This document shows, piece after piece, positions 31,257 to 42,019 of a stretch of 64,000 bases of DNA. Each line of letters begins with the position of its first letter. The first letter of the stretch is position 1. Under the pieces are notes generated by a model, which was not told the DNA's origin, ran no database searches, and worked only from the letters and a program-made list of their open reading frames with translations. This DNA comes from Candidatus Poribacteria bacterium (lineage in GTDB: Bacteria; Poribacteria; WGA-4E; PCPOR2b): contig OZ244587.1 of assembly GCA_965218095.1 (NCBI GenBank), positions 5,248,001-5,312,000 on the forward strand. Direction: 5' to 3'. The translations under genes and the position numbers were made by a program.

Positions 31257-31949
31257 ATGCAGAACGTATCACGCCCAATCGTCGAACTCAAAGGATACCG
31301 CGATGGCTTACGCTTGATTATTGATCCGAAAGCGCCTATAGAGGGGATCGAGCGTGCGATTGCAGAACGAATGGCAAACTTAGGAGATTCGTTGTCAGGC
31401 ATGGCGATGAATATCGATGTCGGAAGCCGATCACTACCCGATGAGGGGTTAATCCGCTTAAGAGATCTGCTGCATGAGAACTACGGACTGGAGGTTAATC
31501 ACGTCATTGGCGACTCCTACGATGAACCAACGATAGCGGAAGAATCTCAGATTGTTGGCGCCCCAGCAATCCATGAGGAAGCGCGCGTTTTTAATCGCCT
31601 CGCCCCGATGCACGAAGATACACAATTTATCCGTCATACGCTTCGTTCTGGACAGGTCGAGCGTTTCTTAGAAGGCAATATGGTCATTTTGGGGGATGTG
31701 AATCCGGGAGCGGAAGTGACTGCCGCTGGAGATATTATTGTCCTCGGTGCCCTGCGCGGGGTTGCCCACGCCGGAGCGCTTGGGAATACAGCGTCGGTGA
31801 TTATCGCATTGAACCTACTGCCAACTCAATTGAGAATTGGACGTTTTATCACTCGTCCGCCCGGTGGGAAACAACGCCGGCGTCGGAAAGCAGAAATCGC
31901 GCGCATACAAGAGGAGGCTATCGTTGTTGAGCAATTCGATCGACTTTAG
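31257..31949 (+). CDS. minC: Septum site-determining protein MinC
   Basis: TLRSGQ, GDVNPGAEV.A.G.I.V.G.LRG.AHAG. Confidence 0.93.
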   Translation: MQNVSRPIVELKGYRDGLRLIIDPKAPIEGIERAIAERMANLGDSLSGMAMNIDVGSRSLPDEGLIRLRDLLHENYGLEVNHVIGDSYDEPTIAEESQIVGAPAIHEEARVFNRLAPMHEDTQFIRHTLRSGQVERFLEGNMVILGDVNPGAEVTAAGDIIVLGALRGVAHAGALGNTASVIIALNLLPTQLRIGRFITRPPGGKQRRRRKAEIARIQEEAIVVEQFDRL

Positions 31950-32136
31950 AGCATCTAATGAAATTTGACTGTACTATCAATAAACCTTTGAGAAACCGCA
32001 TTGCAACTAGACAACTAACGTCGCATCTGAACTCAAGCTCTTAATCGTTAGATCGATATGTCACGTGGAACGGATTTTCTCGCAAATATAGTGATAGTAC
32101 ACTTAAGTAAGTTCTGTGAAGAAAGGAGCGAAAAAT

Positions 32137-32931
32137 ATGGGAAAAGTGTTTGTAATTACCTCCGGTAAAGGCGGGGTTGGTAAAAGCACTTCCACAGCGA
32201 ATATCGGAACTGCTTTAGCCGTGCTGGGTAAAAAGGTTGTTGTTGTTGACGCAGACGTGGGATTGAGAAACCTTGACGTCATCATGGGCCTGGAGAGCCG
32301 CGTCGTTTATACATCGATGGATGTGCTCGAAGGCGTTTGTGACCTCGAAAAGGCGCTTGTAAGAGATCGGCGAACAAAAGACCTCAACCTGCTTGCAGCT
32401 TCTCAGAAGAATAACAAAAGCGATATTCAACCGGAACAGATGAAAAAGATCTGCTTTGAGCTGAAAGAGAAGTGCGATTACGTCCTCGTCGATTCACCCG
32501 CTGGCATTGAGCAAGGGTTTCAGAACGCAGCAGTAGGTGCAGATGAGGCGCTTATCGTGACAACGCCCGAAATTGCATCGGTTAGAGATGCGGATCGAAT
32601 CATCGGTTTGTTGCAGAACATGGAGATTAGTGACATACAACTCATCATCAATCGTCTCGCACCAGAAATGGTCGAAGCAGGGGATATGATGGAGCCGACG
32701 GATGTCATTGACATTTTGTCAATTGATTTGGTTGGAGTCATCCCAGAGGATAAGGAAATTATCGTTTCAACCAACCGAGGGTTACCGTTAGCCTATAATC
32801 ATAAGTCTGATGCTGGGCAGGCCTACAAACGTATCGCGCGGCGGCTTGCGGGAGAAGATATCCCAATTCCAGAGTTTAAGCCAGAAGGCTTGTTCGATAG
32901 CTTGTTTGGCAAATTGTTCAAGTGGGGCTAA
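32137..32931 (+). CDS. minD: Septum site-determining ATPase MinD
   Basis: TSGKGGVGKST, GLRNLD, DSPAGIE, C-terminal amphipathic helix. Confidence 0.96.
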   Translation: MGKVFVITSGKGGVGKSTSTANIGTALAVLGKKVVVVDADVGLRNLDVIMGLESRVVYTSMDVLEGVCDLEKALVRDRRTKDLNLLAASQKNNKSDIQPEQMKKICFELKEKCDYVLVDSPAGIEQGFQNAAVGADEALIVTTPEIASVRDADRIIGLLQNMEISDIQLIINRLAPEMVEAGDMMEPTDVIDILSIDLVGVIPEDKEIIVSTNRGLPLAYNHKSDAGQAYKRIARRLAGEDIPIPEFKPEGLFDSLFGKLFKWG

Positions 32932-32944
32932 AAGGAGAAAACAG

Positions 32945-33220
32945 ATGTTCAAACGGTTAATACAGGTACTGAATCGGCAACCGAAGAGCAAAAGTGTCGC
33001 AAAAAGCCGTCTGCAATTGATCTTAGTGCAAGACCGCACCGGGGTTGATGAAGAGGTCATGAAAAGCTTGCAAGCAGACTTGACTGAAGTGCTGTCAAAG
33101 TATTTTATACTGAAACCAGATCATGTCGAGATGGATCTACAGCGGGAAAAAGACTCAATGGCGCTCGTTGCAAACATCCCGGTCTTTGGTATGAAAGTCC
33201 GTCATCCCATGCAGGCGTGA
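32945..33220 (+). CDS. minE: Cell division topological specificity factor MinE
   Basis: SVAKSRLQLILVQDR, LVANIP; AGGAG RBS. Confidence 0.93.
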   Translation: MFKRLIQVLNRQPKSKSVAKSRLQLILVQDRTGVDEEVMKSLQADLTEVLSKYFILKPDHVEMDLQREKDSMALVANIPVFGMKVRHPMQA

Positions 33221-33252
33221 TTCGGTTGCGGATTGCAGCCCCGACGAATGCC

Positions 33253-34056
33253 TCAAAGCAGCAGACGCTCAACGGCAAGGGCTACCCCATCATTGTGATT
33301 GGTGTCTGTGATGTAATTTGCGCAAGCCTTAATCTCATCAACGGAATTTCCCATGGCGACCCGAAAACCGGCGACTTCCATCATGCTTTCATCGTTGTAG
33401 CCGTCGCCAAACGCGACAAGCAGATCGGTGGAGATGTCGAATTGGGCGGCGAGGGCTTTCAGCGCCCGTCCTTTCGATACCTGCGGGTTCATAAACTCAA
33501 TGTATTCAACCTGCGTCCGTGTCACATACAACTGCTCGCCAAACTTTTCCTTGCATTCAATCAGAAGTTGATCGATTTTTTTAGGCGTATCCAGGATTTG
33601 CATCTTCGTAGGTTCTTCGCCGTCTAATTGGTGCAAATCGCCGAGCGCCGTCGCTGCAACCTCTGTCCTCGTCTCATACAACTCACTCCACGGATTGACC
33701 TCCTTGATATACAACTGATCATTCAAACAGAAGTTCAGATGCAATACGCTCTGATCACAATATTCGACGAGCGCCGTTGCATCCGGCGCAGGGATGGGCG
33801 TGTGGTGAAAGACTTCGCCCGTTTTGGTGTGCTTGACCATCCCACCGTTGTATGAGATGATCGGATTTTCTAGCCCAATCTGATCGCTGATTGGCAGAAT
33901 CGATTGATGCATCCTGCCCGAAACCAGCACGACCACAACGCCTTGCGCTGATAATTTTTGAAGCGCTTCGCAATTCCGATCTGTCACAACGTGATCATCA
34001 TTCAATAGCGTTCCATCCAAATCCAAAGCCGCCAAACGGCATCCAATTTTTCCCAT
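33253..34056 (-). CDS. Cof-type HAD-IIB hydrolase
   Basis: DLDGTLL, SGR, VSKG.AL, FGDGYND, AMGN. Confidence 0.93.
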   Translation of the reverse strand: MGKIGCRLAALDLDGTLLNDDHVVTDRNCEALQKLSAQGVVVVLVSGRMHQSILPISDQIGLENPIISYNGGMVKHTKTGEVFHHTPIPAPDATALVEYCDQSVLHLNFCLNDQLYIKEVNPWSELYETRTEVAATALGDLHQLDGEEPTKMQILDTPKKIDQLLIECKEKFGEQLYVTRTQVEYIEFMNPQVSKGRALKALAAQFDISTDLLVAFGDGYNDESMMEVAGFRVAMGNSVDEIKACANYITDTNHNDGVALAVERLLL

Positions 34057-34346
34057 CTGTTTTCTCCTTGTACCCAGTGCCTGAAAGGGGAATATTGTGT
34101 TTGACCTCGTCAACTCTATGCGTTCTTATAGTTCTGTTTTCCGTCCGGTTGATTCAATAGCTGCTATAGCTTTTCTTTGGTTTCCGGTGAAAGGGAACGT
34201 ATATCTTCCGCTGTAACGGAATGGACGCGCTCTTCGAATTGTTGTCAGTAGCCATCAAATCTACTATTCCAAAGTCTGATTTTGCTGCACGAAATCAAAA
34301 TTGTCCAGATCGATGTCTACAACTCGCTGTTTGGTCGCCAGCGGAT

Positions 34347-35465
34347 TCAGCAGATCGCCTTTTCAGTATAGCGATCAAACAGATGAATGTGTTTCGCATC
34401 GAAATCGAGCCAGACTAACTGTCCAATATCAATCCGGAATGCGGGATGTGTACGTGCTCTGAGGAAGATGAAATCGCCTGTGGCGGAATTTTCGCCCAGA
34501 AAGATATCGATAATATTGACTGAACCCAGCGCTTCGACAAGATGTACCGCTGCTTTGACGCCCTTCTCAACCGGCTCTTTTGAGACGATAGTATGTTCCG
34601 GACGAACCCCAAAGACCAATTCATGGGAACTTGCCCCTTGACGGACAAGCCCCATCTGTTTATCGGACAACCTTATCGAAACATCGGTGTGCGTCAGATG
34701 CAAAACCGGCTTGCCGTCCAATGACTCAACCTCGCTAGCGATCAGGTTCATTGATGGACTCCCCATAAATTCCGCGACAAACAGGCTCTCCGGCTGATTA
34801 TACACTTCTTGGGGTGTCCCAATCTGCTGAAGCACTCCCAGGTGCATGACAGCGATTCGGTCTGCCATCGACATCGCTTCAATCTGATCATGGGTGACGA
34901 AAATCGTCGTCGCCCCTAGTTCACGCTGAAGGCGTTTGAGCTCGGATCGCATATCCACTCGCAGCTTTGCGTCGAGGTTCGACATCGGCTCATCCATCAA
35001 GAACGCCTTGGGATGACGAACCATCGCCCGCCCCAACGCGACGCGCTGCATTTCCCCGCCGCTCAGATGGCTCGGCTTCCGATTAAGCATCGCCTCAATT
35101 CGCAGGATGTCCGCAACTTCTTTCACCCGTTTCTGAATTTCGGGTTTGGGCGCCTTCACGGCTTTGAGCGGAAATGCGATGTTATCATAAACAGTCAGGT
35201 GTGGATAAAGCGCGTAAAATTGGAACACAAACGCGATGTCTCGATCGGCCGGCGATAGTTCATTCATCCGATTTCCATCAATAAAGATGTCACCTTCTTC
35301 GGGGTGTTCTAACCCGGCGATTGCCCTGAGCGTGGTTGTCTTCCCACAGCCAGAGGGGCCCAGGAAAACCACAAATTCTTGATCATGAATTTCAAGGTTC
35401 ATGTTGTTGATGGCAACGACATCCCCAAAACGTTTTGTGACGTGTTCAAGTTTGATTTCTGCCAT
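34347..35465 (-). CDS. Sugar ABC transporter ATP-binding protein (MalK/MsmX type)
   Basis: GPSGCGKTT, LSGGEMQR, MDEP, TOBE GVRPE. Confidence 0.94.
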   Translation of the reverse strand: MAEIKLEHVTKRFGDVVAINNMNLEIHDQEFVVFLGPSGCGKTTTLRAIAGLEHPEEGDIFIDGNRMNELSPADRDIAFVFQFYALYPHLTVYDNIAFPLKAVKAPKPEIQKRVKEVADILRIEAMLNRKPSHLSGGEMQRVALGRAMVRHPKAFLMDEPMSNLDAKLRVDMRSELKRLQRELGATTIFVTHDQIEAMSMADRIAVMHLGVLQQIGTPQEVYNQPESLFVAEFMGSPSMNLIASEVESLDGKPVLHLTHTDVSIRLSDKQMGLVRQGASSHELVFGVRPEHTIVSKEPVEKGVKAAVHLVEALGSVNIIDIFLGENSATGDFIFLRARTHPAFRIDIGQLVWLDFDAKHIHLFDRYTEKAIC

Positions 35466-35751
35466 CTAATTTCAGGATGGTTCATTTTCCATTCTATCAC
35501 TAAATATTTAGTGCGCACTATGACAGCCTCTTCATCAAACGTGACGAGTGATAAGTGACAAGTGATTCACCTATCATTCACCACTCGTTACTCATCACTC
35601 TTATGTCGTAAGGCTATAAGGGGAATAGATCAATCTTTTTCACGCATTTAGTGATGGCATACCATCCCCTCCTGCCTCATATCTTAGCATACCAACATAA
35701 AAATTGAAACCCAAAATGATAATGCGTGAATCACGAAGAATTGGTATAATA

Positions 35752-36692
35752 ACCCAAGTTGCTAGTAATTGAAAATCCATGGGTTTTCCGTTAAAGTAGA
35801 GGTAATCCAAACCATAATACCTCAAAGGAGAAACCCATGGACATACAAATTGTAACCATTTTCTATCTCTGTGACAAGCTCTTAGAAGCACTCAACTCAA
35901 AACCACACCCACAAACGCAGATGTCTGATGCCGAAGTGATGACCACCGGCATCGTCGCTGCGTTGTTCTTCGGGGCAAACTTGCAAACCACTTGTGACTT
36001 TCTAAAGACTCATGGCTATATACCCAAGATGCTTTCAAAAAGTCGATTCAACCGACGACTTCATCGAATTAAACCGATGTTCACCCCATTGTTCAAAATC
36101 TTGGGACGAAGCTATGTGCAACTTAATCAACAGAAAATCTATGCACTGGATACCATACCAATTGCTGTTTGTTCCGCATTCGTCGGTCAAAAATCTACAC
36201 CGATAAGGCATATCGAGGCTATCAAGCGTCCAAACGTCGGTATTTCTATGGCTTGAAAGTTCATCTGCTAGTGACTGCGAGTCGACACCCTGTTGAATTT
36301 TTTGTGACCCCAGCCAGTACAGGGGACGTTGAAGGGTTACAGTGGTTTGACTTCGACTTGCCACCGGGCTATGGTGACAAAGCATACAATAATTATGAGA
36401 TAGAAGATATTGTTACATCAGTCGGAGTCGAATTAAAGCCAGTACGCAAGAAGAATTCCAAGCGGCTGTATCCACCATGGGAGACCTACTTGGCTAATTA
36501 CCATCGTAAGTCTGTTGAGACGGCTGGCAGTTTGATTAACAAACTGCTTCCACGTTCAATCCATGCAGTAACGCAACACGGATTTGAATTGAAAGTGGTC
36601 TTGTTTGTATTGGCTAGCAGTATCAATCAGCTCTGAGTTCACTCACATATTCAGTTCACTCACATATTCGATGAATAGGTCGCAACTTGGGT
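35752..36692 (+). mobile_element. IS982-family element with frameshifted transposase
   Basis: TIRs ACCCAAGTTGC / GCAACTTGGGT and 7-bp duplication TATAATA. Motifs MSDAEV, SRFNRR, YGLKVH, GDKAY, ET; frameshift at ~36170. Confidence 0.9.
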
Positions 36693-36707
36693 TATAATAA
36701 CACATAA

Positions 36708-37871
36708 ATGACAACATGGGCAGAAATAGACCTTTCCGCAATCAAATCCAACGCACAGGCAATCAGAGCGTATACCGAGGGTAAGCTGCTGATCGCCGTT
36801 ATCAAGGCAGACGCTTACGGGCACGGTGTGATTCCTGTTGCGAGAGCGTTAAGCGAAGAAGCCGCGATGTACGCTGTTGCCACAGTTGAGGAAGCTGTCG
36901 AATTGCGTGCGGCTGGGGTCAGGAAGCCAATTCTCGTGCTGTTCAATGCCCTGCCCGACCAAACGGAAACAGTTGTCCGGCATCAACTGACGCAGTCAGT
37001 GTGTGAATCAATGCTCTGCCAAACGTTGTCCCGCACCGCTCAAGCATCGAATCGACAGATTAAAGTTCACGTTGATGTGGACACCGGCATGAATCGCGGT
37101 GGAATATGGTATACGGAAGCTGTTGGTTTCATCCAGTGGTTGACATCGCTGGAGGGGGTTGAGATTCAGGGAATCTTCACACACTTTGCAGCGGCGGACG
37201 AAGCCGACAAAAGCCACGCACATCTTCAGTTAAAACGGTTCAAGTCCGTGCTTCAGGCTCTCTCCAACCTCAACCTACGCCCCCCGATTGCGCATGCCGC
37301 CAACAGTGCAGCGATGTTGACGCTTCCCGACTCCCATTTTGATGCAGTTCGTGTGGGCTTGGGTTTATACGGCGTTTATCCATCGTCTGACGTCAGAGGA
37401 GCGAGTGCTGTGTCCTTGTGTCCTGCCCTGAGTTGGAGGGCGCGAGTCATCAGCTTGCATGAAGCGACGCCAGGGGAAGGGGTCAGCTACGGCTCCACTT
37501 ACAAAATCAATCAGCCGACATGGTTAGCCACTCTGCCCGTTGGCTACGCCGATGGCTATTCACGTGCCCTATCGAATCGTGGTGAAGCGTTGATCGGAGG
37601 GGCAAGGTGTCAACTAGTCGGATCGGTTTGTATGGACGGCACCGTCTTTCGGATCGAGCCGCCGAAGGGAGGACGCGCGGATCTGCCCCTACGCATTGGC
37701 GATGAAGCGGTGCTGATCGGGGAGCAGGGAGATTTGGAGATTACCGTCGATCGGGTTGCGGAGAAGGCGGGAACCATCTCGTATGAGATTTTGACAGGAC
37801 TCGGGAAACGGATCTCTCGGGTTTATGTGAATCGAAAATCAGAAGCATTTGACATCAGAGCGGAAGGATGA
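36708..37871 (+). CDS. alr: Alanine racemase
   Basis: AVIKADAYGHG, DTGMNR, HAANSAA, GYADG, CMD, TISYE. Confidence 0.96.
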   Translation: MTTWAEIDLSAIKSNAQAIRAYTEGKLLIAVIKADAYGHGVIPVARALSEEAAMYAVATVEEAVELRAAGVRKPILVLFNALPDQTETVVRHQLTQSVCESMLCQTLSRTAQASNRQIKVHVDVDTGMNRGGIWYTEAVGFIQWLTSLEGVEIQGIFTHFAAADEADKSHAHLQLKRFKSVLQALSNLNLRPPIAHAANSAAMLTLPDSHFDAVRVGLGLYGVYPSSDVRGASAVSLCPALSWRARVISLHEATPGEGVSYGSTYKINQPTWLATLPVGYADGYSRALSNRGEALIGGARCQLVGSVCMDGTVFRIEPPKGGRADLPLRIGDEAVLIGEQGDLEITVDRVAEKAGTISYEILTGLGKRISRVYVNRKSEAFDIRAEG

Positions 37872-38244
37872 TAAACTGAGTAACGCAACTTATCATTGGC
37901 CACGTCATTTCATGATAACCCTCCATACCTCTGTAGATAAGGGGCCGTTAGCTTGTCTACCAATGAACACGGGGGGCAGATCGTCACCCTTGATAGAGCG
38001 GGAAACCTTACAGGGACGCTCCCATAAAGTCACGAGCGTTTTACACCTGCAAAGGAGAGCAATCAAGCGACTCAACACGAACTTTTCTGAAATTGTTCGT
38101 GAATGTGTCATCAACGATTTGCCGAAGCTAATCGATCGCGAAACCAAAGCAATAAAAGCACGCAAGCAACAGCTGAAATCCATATAGTGATTGACTTTCG
38201 TAGCTTGGAAAAAAGCACGGAAAAATCACCGAAAAGAGTTTACC

Positions 38245-38565
38245 ATGAGCACTGAGAACCACGACCGCGAAACCAACAATGAAGTTGAGGCGTTGCAACC
38301 CAAAACGCAACCGGGCTTTAGCGAGGGCACCGTAACAAGACCTGAGATGCCCACACGCCCGCCGATACTGGGACTTGAATCCACAGCCACACCCGTACAC
38401 CTCCCCGCACCTACCCACGAAATCGGAACGCTCCCGGTTCCTGACATAGAAGTGCCGTCCGTTGTTGGGCATGAACCGACACTTGCGCCAGATGAAACGC
38501 CACTCCCCGATGTACCCGAACCCCGTCAGTTCCCGGTGCGCTTGCAGAAGGAGGATTTTCGATGA
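38245..38565 (+). CDS. Pro/Glu/Thr-rich hypothetical protein
   Basis: Open 106-aa frame whose stop overlaps the next start (ATGA); low-complexity, so it may be spurious. Confidence 0.4.
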   Translation: MSTENHDRETNNEVEALQPKTQPGFSEGTVTRPEMPTRPPILGLESTATPVHLPAPTHEIGTLPVPDIEVPSVVGHEPTLAPDETPLPDVPEPRQFPVRLQKEDFR

Positions 38566-39716
38566 AACATCAGAACAAATCATTGTGGCAGCTGCCTCTG
38601 GTTACACTTGCGGTCGTGCTGCTATTTTGCACCACAAGCAACGCCCAGACCGTGCCACAGGTTGCAGAAAAAGCATTAGCCGCTACCGTACCTTTAGAGA
38701 TGCAGGGTAGAAACGGTGTCGCACTCGGATTTGGCAGTGGCTTTTTCGTCCGACGCAACCTCATTGCAACAAACTACCACGTCATCGAAGGGGCGGCGCG
38801 AGGCACCGCGAAGTTGGTTGATAAGGATACGACGTACGCCATTGAAGGTATCACGGCAACTGATAAAACAAACGACCTCGCACTTCTAAAGGTCACTGTG
38901 TATGGTATCAAACCCCTTCCACTGGGCGACAGCGACACGGTTCGGATTGGCGAAACGGTTTACGTCGCGGGCAACCCGTTGGGTTTAGAAGGCACAGTCT
39001 CGGATGGCATCATCATCAGTCGCCGCGATAGAGACGCGAAAGAACGTTTCCAGATGACTGCGCCGATCTCTCCGGGCAGCAGTGGGGGACCGGTGCTAAA
39101 CCGCAAGGGTGAAGTAATCGGGGTGTCAGTCTCAGCCTACCGTGGGCTATATGCACAGAATCTCAATTTTGCGATTCCTTCAAATGCGCTCAAAACGCTA
39201 CTTGCACGATCGGGAACAGTCAAACCCTTTTCGCAAGAGAGTCAATCCATATCTGCTGAGACTTATTTCATTAGAGGCTATGAGAAGGCAGAATTGGGGG
39301 ATTATAAGGGGGCGATTACGGACTACACCCAAGCCATCTACCTCAAACCCGATGATGCCTTTGCTTACTGCTTTCGCGGACTTGCGAAATATGATCTGGG
39401 ACGATACGCTGTCGCCATTTCTGATTATAACACTGCTATCCAACTCTTCCCAGATTATGCTTTTTTTTACTTCAATCGGGGAAATGCGAAGGCTCGCTTA
39501 GGGCAACATTTCGCCGCTATCGCAGATTATGACACGGCTATCCGCTTCCAACCCGATGATGCCAAAGCCTACTGCAATCGGGGTATTGCAAAGGGGAGTC
39601 TGGGACGTTTTGGGGAGGGGAAGCAAGATCTCAGGGCTGCCTTGAAACTTGCAGAAAGAGCTGGCAATGAAAGTCTCAAAACCGAGATTGAGGCATTCCT
39701 TCAAACGGTTGACTAG
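38562..39716 (+). CDS. Exported trypsin-like serine protease with C-terminal TPR repeats
   Basis: Signal peptide, GSGF, TNYHV, DLALL, PGSSGGP; about four TPRs (AY.NRG.AK..LG...A..DY). Confidence 0.92.
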   Translation: MKHQNKSLWQLPLVTLAVVLLFCTTSNAQTVPQVAEKALAATVPLEMQGRNGVALGFGSGFFVRRNLIATNYHVIEGAARGTAKLVDKDTTYAIEGITATDKTNDLALLKVTVYGIKPLPLGDSDTVRIGETVYVAGNPLGLEGTVSDGIIISRRDRDAKERFQMTAPISPGSSGGPVLNRKGEVIGVSVSAYRGLYAQNLNFAIPSNALKTLLARSGTVKPFSQESQSISAETYFIRGYEKAELGDYKGAITDYTQAIYLKPDDAFAYCFRGLAKYDLGRYAVAISDYNTAIQLFPDYAFFYFNRGNAKARLGQHFAAIADYDTAIRFQPDDAKAYCNRGIAKGSLGRFGEGKQDLRAALKLAERAGNESLKTEIEAFLQTVD

Positions 39717-39764
39717 TGGGACTGAACCCGTCGCGCGGAAGGGGGGGGACAATTATGGACTTTT

Positions 39765-40127
39765 CTGCATGGTCCCCATCACATCTGATCGTGGCGGGGC
39801 TCGGCTTTGCTACGATACATGGCGTAATATCGCCGATGTAAAGCGATACAATGATTGTAGACATGGCTATACCCGTTGATTTGACGGTGTAGATGCCGAT
39901 TCCGCCTATGATGATACAATTTGAACTTGTAAGTTTTCATGGAATTCACCGTTCACCGCATCAACCCACTGGAATGGGTGTCAAGGGCGGTTGGCGGGGT
40001 TGCCAACCGTCCAGTCCCTTGACAACGATGATAGCGAATTATACCATGCAACGCCTTGAAACTCAAGGCTAAAGCGGTCTGTATCCCAAGTCTAAAGACT
40101 TGGGTTTTAGACCTAAAGGGAGTTTAG
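39765..40127 (-). mobile_element. Internally deleted IS200/IS605 (TnpB) element
   Basis: Minus ORF 39940-39779 MKTYKFKLYHHRRNRHLHRQING..VYNHCIALHRRYY is a TnpB N-terminus. Left-end hairpin CCCAAGTC-TAAA-GACTTGGG, TTAT just outside, putative right-end hairpin at ~39774-39799. Confidence 0.75.
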
Positions 40128-40143
40128 ATAATAGGGGAGCCTC

Positions 40144-40365
40144 ATGACAACAGAACAAGCAACAACCCTGAAAATCACTTTAGAATCAATGTTCGAGCAC
40201 ATTGCCCAAAAACAGAATATAACGGAAGACCTTGAGCAGATCGAGCGTCTACATCAGGAGATTGGAGCGGCTGCACCGCCGACGCTACGCCACTACCTGC
40301 AACGCCGAAGTTATACCAAAGCGCTCGATTTTCTGAAGGATGGCTTCGTTGCTGATTCGGATTGA
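40144..40365 (+). CDS. Small hypothetical protein (73 aa)
   Basis: GGGGAG RBS; helical, ends in LRHYLQRRSYTKALDFL. Confidence 0.65.
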   Translation: MTTEQATTLKITLESMFEHIAQKQNITEDLEQIERLHQEIGAAAPPTLRHYLQRRSYTKALDFLKDGFVADSD

Positions 40366-40466
40366 CATCATATAAGGCTTAATTTAACTCAAATATGGGA
40401 AGTCCAGCAAACCAAATCCGCGACTAAAATGCCATGCAAGCCGTAAACTGCTCATTCCATACGTTA

Positions 40467-41302
40467 GGTTCTGTTGACATTTGAGTATAAGGTTGTGGCA
40501 TAATAGAAGAATGATGCCAATAACCTTACCTGATGACCAATGGAAAAAGATATACTCGTTTCTTCTAACTTGTCCCACCATCTATGTTGGCAACGAAGTG
40601 ACAACACGCCGCTTTATCGAAGCGGTTCTGTGGGCGACCCGTAGCGGTGCTCAATGGCGGATTCTGCCAGACACCTATGGTAAATGGAACACCCTCTATA
40701 AGCGTTTTGCTCGGTGGTGCGACAAAGGGGGCTTCACACAGATCCACCCCCACTTCGCCGCCGCCCCCGATATCGAGTCGCTTATTGTGGACAGTACAAT
40801 CATTCGAGCACACCCGTGTGCGGCGGGCGCCTTAAAAAGCTGGCGCCTTAAAAAAAAGGGTGGTACTGAAAACCAAGCGTTAGGTCGGTCTCGGGGCGGT
40901 TTCAGTACAAAAATTCACATCACCGTTGACGGCCTGGGTAATCCCCTAAGAATACATCTGACGCCCGGTCAAAGAAACGACATAGCGGAAGCAGAAGGGT
41001 TGATACTTGGATATAAAAGCGAGTATGTGATTGGAGACAAGGGATATGACTCCGACAATTTTATCGCTGTTATTGAGGCGAATGGAGCGATTGCGGTGAT
41101 ACCGCCCAAAAGTCATCGTGTGGATCAAAGAGATTACGACAAACATCTGTACAAAGAGAGACATCTGGTTGAATGTTTCATTAACAAGATAAAATGGTAT
41201 CGCCGCATCTTCTCTCGGTTCGAGAAGTTAGCTATCCGTTATTTTGGATTTCTCAGCTTTGTCTCCACTCTTATATGGCTCCCTTGAAATGTCAACAGAA
41301 CC
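40467..41302 (+). mobile_element. IS5-family element copy 4, orfA-orfB fused in frame
   Basis: Same TIRs; a 16-bp duplication at the slippery site gives a single ORF ending at 41287. Confidence 0.93.
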
Positions 41303-41309
41303 TAGAATA

Positions 41310-42017
41310 ATGAAAAAGAAAAAAGAAAACTATTTTAAGTCGGAAGCAGAGAAAATTTACGGTGAAGTAAAAGGATCATATAACCAAAAGAGTATCAAAA
41401 AGAGAATCGAAGCTCTTTTCCTCGATAACCTCGGAAAGATTCTATTGAGAGAACAAATCATCGAAGTAGCTAGAGACCCGATAACCCAAAAGGATCCTGA
41501 AAATTGGCATCAGAGGTTATCGGAGTTACGAACCGATGATGGATACACAATTTTGTCGTGGCGCAATCGGGGCGATCTAAAAATTCAAGAATACCTTATG
41601 CCTACCTCTGAAAAAAGGCAGCGAATCAACAGGAGGGTTCGTCCACATGACGAAGTATGGTTACAGATATTGGAAAAGGCGAATTACTCTTGTGAATGGG
41701 ATGAGGATGGTATTCGGTGTGAACTTGAGGATGGGCAAATAGATCCGATCGGAGGAGGCACCGTAAAACTGACGCCAGATCATAAGTCGCCACATTCCAT
41801 AAACGTTGAAACTGATCCAGACGATCCCAATCAATGGAGAGTCTTATGTGGGCGACATCAAGTCATGAAAAAGAATTTTTGGGATGATAGTACAGGTAAA
41901 ATCAATGTTTATGCTATTGTTCAAGCTGCAAGTAAAAAGGAAAAGCGGATTGTCTTTTCTTTTCTCCTAGATTATTTTGGGTATCAAATCAATGACGGGA
42001 AATTGGAGAAGGAGTAG
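41310..42017 (+). CDS. Type II HNH restriction endonuclease, KpnI-like
   Basis: PENWHQRLSELRTD.GYTILSWR, IDPIGGGTVKLTPDH and LCGRHQVMKKN match R.KpnI as I recall it; AT-rich DNA. Confidence 0.8.
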   Translation: MKKKKENYFKSEAEKIYGEVKGSYNQKSIKKRIEALFLDNLGKILLREQIIEVARDPITQKDPENWHQRLSELRTDDGYTILSWRNRGDLKIQEYLMPTSEKRQRINRRVRPHDEVWLQILEKANYSCEWDEDGIRCELEDGQIDPIGGGTVKLTPDHKSPHSINVETDPDDPNQWRVLCGRHQVMKKNFWDDSTGKINVYAIVQAASKKEKRIVFSFLLDYFGYQINDGKLEKE

Positions 42018-42019
42018 GT

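Noticed and set aside
31947-32044. Possible MITE between minC and minD (TAGAGC...GCTCTTA)
   Set aside because: The inverted match is only about 5 bp with no second copy in the window; not supportable.
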